Source: Macrostomum lignano (lineage: Eukaryota). From it: 64,000 nt of DNA. The stretch spans positions 992,001 through 1,056,000 of the forward strand of contig NIVC01000084.1 in the NCBI GenBank assembly GCA_002269645.1, written 5' to 3'. The notes below the pieces were generated by a model, which was given only the letters and a program-made list of their open reading frames with translations, did no database searches and had not been told where the DNA came from. A program made the translations under genes and the position numbers. Shown one piece after another: positions 25,591 through 36,300 of the stretch (its first letter is position 1; the number at the start of each line of letters is the position of its first letter).

Positions 25591-27640
25591 CTATTCACAT
25601 TCTCTGTAATCTGGAAGTTCGCATTCTGTATATGGCGGAGGTATGTCAATTCCATTGTTGTCAAGGCGACACATCTCAACTGTCTCCGTTAGCGAGTAAG
25701 GTGGCGGCCTGGGAAAGCCGTAGCATTCAATATTGGCTATCAATTGCTGGCCAGGCGTGTCATGAGTCGCTGATATCGCTAGGTTGGTGCGATAGTTAAA
25801 ATTTGCCAAGGATCTCGTTGATGTTCTGCTGGAGTTTTCCAGTTGAAAAAACGAAAATGCTGTTATAAATGTGTTAACTACCGCATAGCAATCAAGTAAC
25901 TACCGCATAGCAACCAAGTAACTACCGCATAGCAACCAAGTAATTACAGCATAGCAACCAAGTAACTACCGCATAGCAACCAAGTAATTACAGCATAGCA
26001 ACTAAATAACTACTACATAGCAGCCAAGTAACTACCACATAGCAGCCAAGTAACTACCACATAGCAGGCAAGTAACTACCGCATAGCAACCAAGTAACTA
26101 CCGCATAGCAAGCAAGTAACTACCGCATAGCAACCCAGTAATTGCAGTATAGCAACCAAGAAACTACCACATAACAACCAAATAACTACCAAGGACCACT
26201 GGGAACACTTCGTTCTAGTAGTCCTTGATAACTACATAGCAACCGAATAACTACCGCATAGCAACCAAGTAACTACCGCATAGAAACCAAATGACTACAT
26301 AGCAACCGAATAACTACCGCATAGCAACCAAGAATTTACAGCATAGCAACTAAATTACTACAACATAGCAACTAAATTACTACCGCATAGCAACCGCATA
26401 AAACTATACAGCCTCAAAGCAAGCCCATAGCAACTATCAGGCGAATAAAGTGCACTCACGCCATGCCAGGCCGTCTGCTACTACCCGTCATCCGCCGTCT
26501 CTCCGTTCGCAGCTGAACTCGGCGAAACCTGGCGACGCACCAAACGCCTACGCCAATAATTGCAACGCTGGCGCATCCGCTAGCGATAAGCAGGTCCCAG
26601 GCTACCGCTGTTACTGGCGGTCGTCTTTTCTTCAGCCGGTGATTGACTGCAGTTGTTGTTGACGCCTCACTCCCGTTGTCAACGGTGCAGTTGCACTCTT
26701 GGCCTGCCACTCGAGTGTGTTGCAATCCAGACGGAGACGTGTAGTTCTCGGGCTTTTTAAACTGCAGATGCTTCTTGGAACTGGGATGAAAGAGTTGGTT
26801 GGGAGATGCCCAGGAGTTTAAAAGTACGAGCTACATGGACAATACATATCAATATTCGGGCACCCCAGCGCAACATCTTCAGCGACATTGTCCGACAACC
26901 AGTGCTGAAGCAATCCTGCCCATTCCACTGACTCCTAAACACTTACAAGCGCGCCAGTGCTGTACGTGGGTTGCACAGGAGTTCCAACCAATATGTTCAA
27001 GAAGTCATGGGGCATATGAAAGCTGCTTTTTCTTGCAAAGTTAAGATATCTGTACTGTAAGCTACTATGAATTGTTTTTTTGTAGATTAATAATTTTGAA
27101 GGCAACTGATTCGACTCAAATTTCAAAGTAAATTTTTATACAATAAATAAATTTTAGATCTGCGCCTTTAAAAAATTTTTCTAACATATTATTTAACAAT
27201 TGATTATCATGCAACTCAATGCACTTTTTAAAGACTATTACTTAAAAGATCAGCAAAGTTAATTAAGTAAAAAAATGTTCCAAATCCACCTACCTGTTTA
27301 GCCGGACTTTACAACCGAATCGCTGCTCTGGCCACAGATCTACCGCGGTAGAACTGATGAAGCTGCACCAGATGCCATTTGAAATTCGGCCTGATGCAGC
27401 TTCTGCACTGTTACCGTCACACCAGGCCAGCTGGGCACCTCGCAGTGACAGCTGTTGGCCGCAGCAGCTGCGACGTCTAAGGAGAAGACAGTCAGTGGAG
27501 CTATCCGAGATGACATGACAACTCCATGATGACCACGGACACCAACTGGTTGCTGAGGCTGAGCTGATGGCAGAACAGTTAGTGACGAAGCTAAACAGCT
27601 TAGCTAGTAGGATGGCGATAAAGTGGCCTTTTGCAAGCAT
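25591..27640 (-). CDS. Type I membrane protein: signal peptide, TSP1-like ectodomain, one TM helix, PPxY-containing tail; 3 exons, 301 aa
   Basis: Exons 27640-27294, 26780-26460, 25828-25591 (phase 2,2; open frame). Signal-like MLAKGHFIAILLAKLFSFVTNCSA; WCPWSSWSC…RRRSC…C; TM LLIASGCASVAIIGVGVWCVA followed by RFRR; tail with PPPY, PPPY and LPDY. Confidence 0.75.
25880..26400. repeat. 22-bp minisatellite in intron 2 of the membrane-protein gene
   Basis: TAACTACCGCATAGCAACCAAG units. Confidence 0.93.
26190..26227. mobile_element. 38-bp TIR micro-element with 8-bp TSD (same family as 25199-25226)
   Basis: CAAGGACCACT…AGTAGTCCTTG (11-bp TIR, 1 mismatch); ATAACTAC on both sides (26182-26189, 26228-26235). 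Confidence 0.65.
26860..26982 (-). mobile_element. 5'-truncated SINE fragment (central domain only)
   Basis: Minus strand GCGCGCTTGTAAGTGTTTAGGAGTCAGTGGAATGGGCAGGATTG…CTGGTTGT aligns with the SINEs at 4730 and 56436. Confidence 0.7.
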
Positions 27641-28716
27641 TTGAGCTGAAAGTTTCAAATTGGAAACTCAAAAAAATTACTAATATTGATATGTCAAATT
27701 AATTTTTAGAAATGCAAAAGCTGCTTTAAATTTAATAAACTGTTGTGTTTTTAGAGCTTGCATTTTAATATCCAAATTACATAGTGCAGATTCAATCAGA
27801 CATATCATTCGAAATTATGTAGCTTGTAGGCTAACTAATTTTGTTCCTTTCCCTTTGTTAAATTACTGTTATTTTACAGAAAAGCTTAGTCTATACATAA
27901 ATTGCATGCTTGAGGGATGCCATATCATCTAAATATGTTTTAAAAGTAAAAGGAATCATTTACATTTAAAACAAAACAAAATGACATTAAAATTTACATG
28001 GGTATTCCCATAGAAATAGAAATCCACAATTAATAATCTGAAAAGTACAATATATAACTAAGGTCGATTGCTAGCGGCTGTTCTTTATCATCATTTTTCT
28101 AGCTAGCAAAAACAATAAATTTGCTACCCAGTGACTTTTTACTTTTTTGAGTATAATTACTCAGGGTTGATTAGCCGGTAACATGAAAAGTTATTTACCA
28201 TTAAAATGCCTATAAGCAAGAGTTACAATCTCCCATTATCGTTAAGAAGACTCCTTATCCATATTTTCGCTTAGATATTTGAATACAATATATCCGCTTG
28301 CCACATATCCTTGTCTGCTTTCCTTTATTAAAATAGGGTTAAAATTAAAAATCAAACTATAAATATGTCAAACTTTGCGAGTCAAAAATGTTGACTATGC
28401 ATTAAACGCGCTATATAAGTTCAATAAAAATGCTGGTTTTTAAAACATGTGTTTTATTTGCTTTAAAAGTTTAATATATACAGAACAAAATAAAAAGTGT
28501 AACAGTTTTATAAAACAACTTGTTTTAATATTTAATAATAACTCCGGGTTTTATTGCGTTTCAAGGTCAAAAGCCACGCATTCTTCTCGTGCTTTAGCTT
28601 TTTTGTTAGGGTTTTCCGATTTTCCGTTCATATGGTACTTCGTTAATCTACCGTGTAATAACATGTTGTTTTCTGGATGCGTCATGTCTCATGATTCGCT
28701 TGCTTGTTTTACTTAA

Positions 28717-28762
28717 ACTTCTAAGTAATAAGCCAAACCTTTTTGGCTTATTACTTAGAAGT
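28717..28762. repeat. Perfect 21-bp hairpin with 4-nt loop
   Basis: ACTTCTAAGTAATAAGCCAAA-CCTT-TTTGGCTTATTACTTAGAAGT, followed by a direct repeat of the right arm end. Confidence 0.9.
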
Positions 28763-29695
28763 ATTACTTAGAAGTATTATTTAGAACTTCTAACCTTCAT
28801 TTAGACAGTCTTATGTGATCCCCAATACAGTAAACTTATAGTTATAGCCTAATATTAGGCAGTATCAGACTATTACTATCACAGTATCAGTATGGACTAC
28901 TCACTATTGTTATTTTTTCCCAAAAGTTTTTTTAACCTTTTATTAATCTTTTTGATGTAACTTTTTTATTCAACTAATTTCTATGCAGTATGCCTTATGG
29001 TTATGGCTAATGTTTCATTTTAGCCTTTTTCTTTTTTCTATTCATAAAAATAAATCTAGGTCCCAATATAGCCAAAACCAGAATAGGCCTAGCCAAAAGC
29101 TTTATAGGCCTAGCAATACCTAAAAAGTTTGTCCTATAACATGATAGGCCTAAAATTCATAGAGGGACTTTAGAAAAACATTTTGCTTTTTTATTGTAAC
29201 TAGGCCTAATGGCTTAATGCTTTTAATTCCCTTTTTCCTCTTATAGTAAACAATTTAGTATAGGCCTATTAAAATTTGTTTCTTGGCTAGGAGCAACAAG
29301 GCTAGGCCCTAACCTAGGCCTATTGAAAATTAAAATATATAAGAATTATTTCAAAAATTTAACTAAGTTTCTCTAAAAAGATTTATAAAAAATTAAAAAA
29401 AATGTTCATTTAGCTTAATTGGCTAGGGCCTATTAAATGTCCGAAAAGCAATGTAGCTTTAAGTAAAAAAAGTTTATTATTTATTTGGTTTGCATTTTAT
29501 ATTGACTTTAAAGTATAAAAACTTTTGTGAACACTGCAATTATATTTAAACTAAAGGCCATTTATATAATGAAGATAACATTGGCCTAGTTTATTGTCAT
29601 TTCAAAAAAGCTCAATAAGTATTTTTAAAGCATTTTGTCTAACATTGACAAAGTATTTCTTGTTTCTAGCTAGTTTATACTTGTTTTTTATTCCA

Positions 29696-30285
29696 TACTG
29701 TCCATCAAAAGTTCCGGAACCCTTGCTACAATGTCTTCTAATGGACATAATTTCAGTCTGTTTCAATTGTAACTTGATTCAAATGAAAGCTGCGGATCTC
29801 AGCTCCATGATATGGTCAAGAAAAAGTTTATTTGAAGGAGCGCATGTGAACAGGCCAGTGTTATGTACATAAAGGTTAGAGAAAAAAGTGAGGAAAAGAC
29901 AAATAGGCAATTGACTCTCCCATGACAGCTGACTGCACAAGAATCCATAAGAGCCTGTTGATTTCAACACAAGTTTTGGCCATAGACTAATGTTAGCCAG
30001 GCTAAACACTGCGCGCAAACTGATTCTTTCTCATGTGTGTTTGCTCCATAGACTCAGCAACCATAGACAATTGCTTGTTTGTCTTTTCCTCACTTTTTTC
30101 TCTAACTTTTATGTACATAACACTGGCCTGTTCACACGCGCTCCTTCGAATAAACTTTTTCTTGACCATATCATGGAGCTGAGATCTGCAGCTTTCATTT
30201 GAATCAAGTTAAAATTAAAATGGACTGAAATTATGTCCGCTAGAAGACATCGTAGCAAGGGTTCTAGAACTTTTGACAGACACTA
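29696..30285. mobile_element. Foldback MITE with ~218-bp inverted arms, Tc1-like termini
   Basis: Arms 29696-29913 and 30068-30285 are reverse complements; ends TA(C/G)TGTC..TCAAAAGTT resemble the Tc1 pattern CAGTG…CAAAAGT; TA follows the right end. Confidence 0.8.
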
Positions 30286-30718
30286 TATGTAATTGCAGTG
30301 CAAAGTTATTTATAAAAAACCTAGGTCTTTTTATTAAAATTTTCCTTTGGTATAATATATATACCAAATATATGCATACTTTTATGATAATTTTTCTTTT
30401 ATTTTCAACATGATGCTTCTTTTATTGTTGATATGATGCTTTTTTAATGTTTCATATGATAATTTTGTTTTACAATAGGCTTTTAGTTTTTATTATTGCA
30501 TTGTTAATTAGGTTAGGCCTAATAAAAAAGGATTTCAACTCAAAAATGATGCAATTTTCCATGTTCAACTCATGAAATATCTCATGATTCTAATTTTAAA
30601 TGACTGAAAATTTTTGGCAACTATAACTTTGTTTAAAATTTGATATTTTATTATTTTTATTATTTTTTGTTACTAAAGAAATTTAATAAAATCTTCAAAT
30701 ATTCCAATGTTTTTTCAG

Positions 30719-31786
30719 ATATTTTCTAGTAATTAAAGCTTGATGTGCTTAGTGTGAAGTCTGGACTCTAAAGCAAAGGTAAATACAATATTTTGTGCAT
30801 TTAATATATATAGTTATGTATGCATAACCATGTTTTGTGAAGTATATAATACAGATAGGACAACTTTTTAGTTCAAATCAGAATTGGAAAGTTGACAATC
30901 TAAATACCAAACCAAATAGTCAATTTGCTGTGGTAGCTCAATAAGGCTCACACATGAAGGAAAGGAATTAGAAAATTAAGGACTAAGAAGTTTGCATTTG
31001 AAGAGTCAAGAGTGTTAGGGGTTGTAGGCTTGTAGTTCAAATGAGGGAGGGAATTAAGGATGGGAGCTTTTAGGCTTTAGGAGAAATAGAGAATTAAAAC
31101 TCAAGTTTATGGAACATGGATTTGGGGCATTGATTCCTACAAACTTGGAGGGGTAAGGTTGGCATTTGGTCTGGGTACATTTCATTTGACAAAAAGATAC
31201 ATGCCTATTGTTCGAGGACTGCTAAAGTGAATTGGGCTATATATTAAATGTCATGTGCATCCAATTATAATGACATATTTTAATTGTTTCTTATGATGTA
31301 AACAACTTATTTTTCCATGTTCAACTACTGAGAACTGATGTTAACTTATTTTCTGAATGAACACCAACCACTGTGAATAGAAAAGATTTTTTAATTTTCA
31401 ACAAGAAAATATGCATGAAATTTTCAAGGATTTAGTTTTTTACAATTTCAGATTTGCCTTCCTGCATAGACTGGCATAGTGCATACAAATTGGTAAGCTA
31501 TTTTACCATCTTTTTATCCTTTTGTATTGCACATTGGATTAATTTTCAAAATCAATATTTTATTTAATTGATTGAATTCTCTGTATAAAAATGTAACTTT
31601 AACTATTTTCCATGATGTAATCAAAATATATTTTTCATGTTCAACTACTGAGAACTGATGTTAGATAATTTTCTGAATAGACCATAAATAAAGATATTAT
31701 AAAGCATTGAGGATAAGCATTCAACTAATCTTTAGTTTTCTTACTATTTTAGATTAGTCTTAACCCTGTCTTAGATTGGAAAATTG
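30719..31786 (+). other. Three putative non-coding micro-exons (60, 41, 34 nt), possibly 5'UTR of the CoA-transferase gene
   Basis: 30719-30778, 31452-31492, 31753-31786; each has a pyrimidine-rich AG|AT acceptor and a GTAA donor; B and C both end AAATTG|GTAAG; intronic CCATGTTCAACT motifs recur ahead of each. Confidence 0.45.
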
Positions 31787-31879
31787 GTAAGTAGACTTTT
31801 TGCTAGCAGCTCACTTGTATTGATGCTGACTCTTAATCCTGTTTACAAAAATAATTGTAATTGCTGTATCTAATAATTC

Positions 31880-33200
31880 TCTAATTCTATGTGAAACCAG
31901 TTTATTGTATCTAATTGTATTCTATGTGAAACCAGTTTATTGTGTATTCTATGTGAAACCAGTTTATTGTGTATTCTATGTGAAACCAGTTTATTGCATC
32001 TAATTGTATTCTATATGAAACCAGTTTATTGTGTATTCTATGTGAAACCAGTTTATTGTATCTAATTGTATTCCATGTGAAACCAGTTTATTGTATCTAA
32101 TTTTATTCTACGTGAAACCAGTTTATTGTATCTAATTGTATTCTATGTGAAACCAGTTTATTGTATCTAATTATATTCTATGTAAAACCAATTTACTGTA
32201 TCTAATTTTATTCTATGTGGAACCAGTTTTTACTGTATCTAATTGTATTCTATGTGAAACCAGTCTAATTGTTGCTGGGCCAGCCTCCCAGAGTGTCATT
32301 AGATACAGTTTACTGTATTTAATTGTATTCTATGTGAAACCAGTTTATTGTATTTAATTGTATTCTACGAGAGGTGTCCCAAAAGTCGGTGCACTTTCTT
32401 CACTACAGCCTTTTCTGACCGATCAGAAATATTAAGTCTGTTGCAGTTGAAAAGAGAATTATCTGCCCGTTAAAATGACTTTCTGTTTATTTCTGTATCT
32501 GCTAGCATTCTTGAGATATGAGCACTTTTCTGCCCCACCCCCTGTGCTACTTTTACAAATTGCCATAGACCAAAGCTTAGTACCTGATGCACGAAACAAC
32601 GAAACGTTCAACGAATCAACAAAACATCCGCAACATGAAAGCTGACGAAAGAACAATCAAAAGTTAATCAACATTGTCGTGAGGCTTCTCCACATAGTCA
32701 CCACTGGGTGCGCTGCACACTTCTGTTCTTAGCGGCGCTCGCCAGACAATCGTTGTCACGCACTGGGACCGCTGATTATTTATCCATTAACACTCAAAAA
32801 TAGTGCAGTAGAAACATTGCTATGCACTTTTTGTGACAATAACACGCGCTTGGGATGCGTGTTAATGTCATTTTGGACATTAACACGCAACGGCAATTTA
32901 AACAATAACATAGGGTAAATTTTTTTTTGTTGGAAAAACATCAAAAACTGTTCAACAAAGAAATCGTATGTTAATCAGTTAATACCAGGCCTACACAGAT
33001 TATTTCTGATCGGTCAGAAAAGGCTGTAGTGAAGAAAGTGCACCGACTTCTGGGTCACCCCTCGTATGTGAAACCAGTTTATTGTATCTAATTATGTTCT
33101 ATGTGAAATCAATACTGTCACTAATTGTATTATAAGTGAAACCAGTACCGTATCTAATTGTATTGTATGTAAAACCAGTACTTTATCTGATAGTATTAAA
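31880..33200. repeat. ~35-bp minisatellite interrupted by a mariner MITE
   Basis: TTCTATGTGAAACCAGTTTATTGTATCTAATTGTA units on both sides of 32368-33064. Confidence 0.92.
32368..33064. mobile_element. Mariner-type non-autonomous element (697 bp), 64-bp TIRs, TA TSD
   Basis: TA|CGAGAGGTGTCCCAAAAGT… and …ACTTCTGGGTCACCCCTCG|TA; TIRs 32368-32431 and 33001-33064. The host unit TTCTATGTG shows TA duplicated. Internal minus-strand GDYVEK (32685-32702) weakly resembles a mariner transposase C-terminus. Confidence 0.9.
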
Positions 33201-33300
33201 CTAGGTTAAAATTAGATTCTATGAGTGTTTATGAAACAGTTTGAATAATTCGATCGTATCTATTAATTACAATTTATGAATCATATTTACAGTTACAACA

Positions 33301-36300
33301 ATGCTGTCAGCAACCTGTCGAGCTGTCAGGCCGTCGTCAATCGCAGCCTGTCGACTAGCTGTTGTGAAGCGAGCCTACTACTTATCCGGGGAAATCCACC
33401 ATGAGCCGTTTCACCCCATTCCTGGCCGCAATCCGGAATGGCTGAATGGTCAGCAGGCGTTCGAGCGTCATCTGGACAGCGCCCAGCATATTTTCATTCA
33501 CGGTGGGGCTGCTACGCCTAATCATCTGATTGATAATATGGTTAATGTTGCCCAGGAGAAGAAGCTCAAGGATATTAAGTTGATGCACATTCACACGGAA
33601 GGCCCGGCTAAGTAAGTTTCTTTCCTGTTAGAAGTCATTTTTTGATGGCTTAAACATATTAACGGTTATTATTTTCATTCTAAAGTGACAAAATTTGATA
33701 TTCAGAGTGACAAGATTGGATATTCAGAATGACAAGATTTTATATTCAGAGTGACAAGATTTAATATCAGGAGTGACAAGATTTGATATTGGGAGTGACA
33801 AGATTTGATGCTCAGAGTGACAAGATCTGATACTGGGAGCGACAAGATTCGATATTCAGAGTGACAAGATTTGATATAGGGAGTGACAAGCTTTAATAGT
33901 CAGAATGACAAGATTCGATATTCAGAGTGACAAGATGTGATATTCAGATTGACAAGATCTAATATTGGGAGTGACAAGATATATTCAGATTGACAAGATC
34001 TGATATTGGGAGTGACAAGATGTGATATTCAGATTGACAAGATCTAATATTGGGAGTGACAAGATGTGATATTCAGATTGACAAGATCTGATATTGGGAG
34101 TGACAAGATGTGATATTCAGATTGACAAGATCTAATATTGGGAGTGACAAGATGTGATATTCAGATTGACAAGATCTGATATTGGGAGTGACAAGATGTG
34201 ATATTCAGATTGACAAGATCTAATATTGGGAGTGACAAGATGTGATATTCAGATTGACAAGATCTAATATTGGGAGTGACAAGATGTGATATTCAGATTG
34301 ACAAGATCTGATATTGGGAGTGACAAGATGTGATATTCAGATTGACAAGATCTGATATTGGGAGTGACAAGATGTGATATTCAGATTGACAAGATCTGAT
34401 ATTGGGAGTGACAAGATGTGATATTCAGATTGACAAGATCTGATATTGGGAGTGACAAGATGTGATATTCAGATTGACAAGATCTGATATTGGGAGTGAC
34501 AAGATGTGATATTCAGATTGACAAGATCTGATATTGGGAGTGACAAGATGTTATATTCAGATTGACAAGATCTGATATTGGGAGTGACAAGATGTGATAT
34601 TCAGATTGACAAGATCTGATATTGGGAGTGACAAGATGTGATATTCAGATTGACAAGATCTGATATTGGGAGTGACAAGATGTGATATTCAGATTGACAA
34701 GATCTGATATTGGGAGTGACAAGATGTGATATTCAGATTGACAAGATCTGATATTGGGAGTAACAAGATGTGATATTCAGATTGACAAGATCTAATATTG
34801 GGAGTGACAAGATGTGATATTCAGATTGACAAGATCTGATATTGGGAGTGACAAGATGTGATATTCAGATTGACAAGATCTAATATTGGGAGTGACAAGA
34901 TGTGATATTCAGATTGACAAGATCTAATATTGGGAGTGACAAGATGTGATATTCAGATTGACAAGATCTGATATTGGGAGTGACAAGATGTGATATTCAG
35001 ATTGACAAGATCTGATATTGGGAGTGACAAGATTTGATATTCAGTGTAGGAAAATGTTCATAATATTTTGAAGCTATAGGATTATACGCTCGTATTAATA
35101 AAATATTGATGTTAAGTCTAAAGTAATGCTTCAATATTAAGATGTTAATTAATTAATATTAATCTGATTTCTGCAATGCAGATACAACGAGCCCGAATAC
35201 GAAGGCATATTCCGCAGCAATTCATTGTTCACGTCTTCGAACTGCCGCAAGGCCATCCAAGACGGCAGAGCCGACTTCACGCCGATCTTTCTGTCAGAGA
35301 TTCCTCTGCTGTTTAGGCGCAACCACATCAAGCTGGACATGGCGCTGATCATGGTGACGCCACCTGACAGGTGCGCCGCTCATTTCGGATACTGACCTCG
35401 AGGGCTGAAGATCCCGTAGATCCTCAGTTGCTGGGCCAGCCTCCTAGAGTGTCAGTTGCTGGGCCAGCCTCCTAGAGTGTCAGTTGCTGGGCCAGCCTCC
35501 TAGAGTGTCAGTTGCTGGGCCAGCCTCCCAGATCCTCAGTTGCCGGGCCAGCCTCCCAGAGTGTCAGTTGCTGGGCCAGCCTCCCAGATCCTCAGTTACT
35601 GGGCCAGCCTCCCAGAGTGTCAGTTGCTGGGCCAGCCTCCCAGAGTGTCAGTTGCTGGGCCAGTCTCCCAGAGTGTCAGTTGCTGGCCAGCCTCCCAGAT
35701 CCTCAGTTGCTGGGCCAGCCTCCCAGATCCTCAGTTGCTGGGCCAGCCTCCCAGATCCTCAGTTGCCGGGCCAGCCTCCCAGAGTGTCAGTTGCTGGGCC
35801 AGCCTCCCAGATCCTCAGTTACTGGGCCAGCCTCCCAGAGTGTCAGTTGCTGGGCCAGCCTCCCAGAGTGTCAGTTGCTGGGCCAGTCTCCCAGAGTGTC
35901 AGTTGCTGGGCCAGCCTCCCAGAGTGTCAGTTGCTGGGCCAGCCTCCCAGATCCTCAGTTACTGGGCCAGCCTCCCAGAGTGTCAGTTACTGGGCCAGCC
36001 TCCCAGAGTGTCAGTTGCTGGGCCAGCCTCCCAGAGTGTCAGTTGCTGGGCCAGCCTCCCAGATCCTCAGTTACTGGGCCAGCCTCCCAGAGTGTCTGTT
36101 GCTGGGCCAGCCTCCCAGATCCTCAGTTACTGGGCCAGCCTCCCAGAGTGTCAGTTGCTGGGCCAGCCTCCCAGATCCTCAGTTGCCGGGCCAGCCTCCC
36201 AGAGTGTCAGTTGCTGGGCCAGCCTCCCAGATCCTCAGTTACTGGGCCAGCCTCCCAGAGTGTCAGTTGCTGGGCCAGCCTCCCAGAGTGTCAGTTGCTG

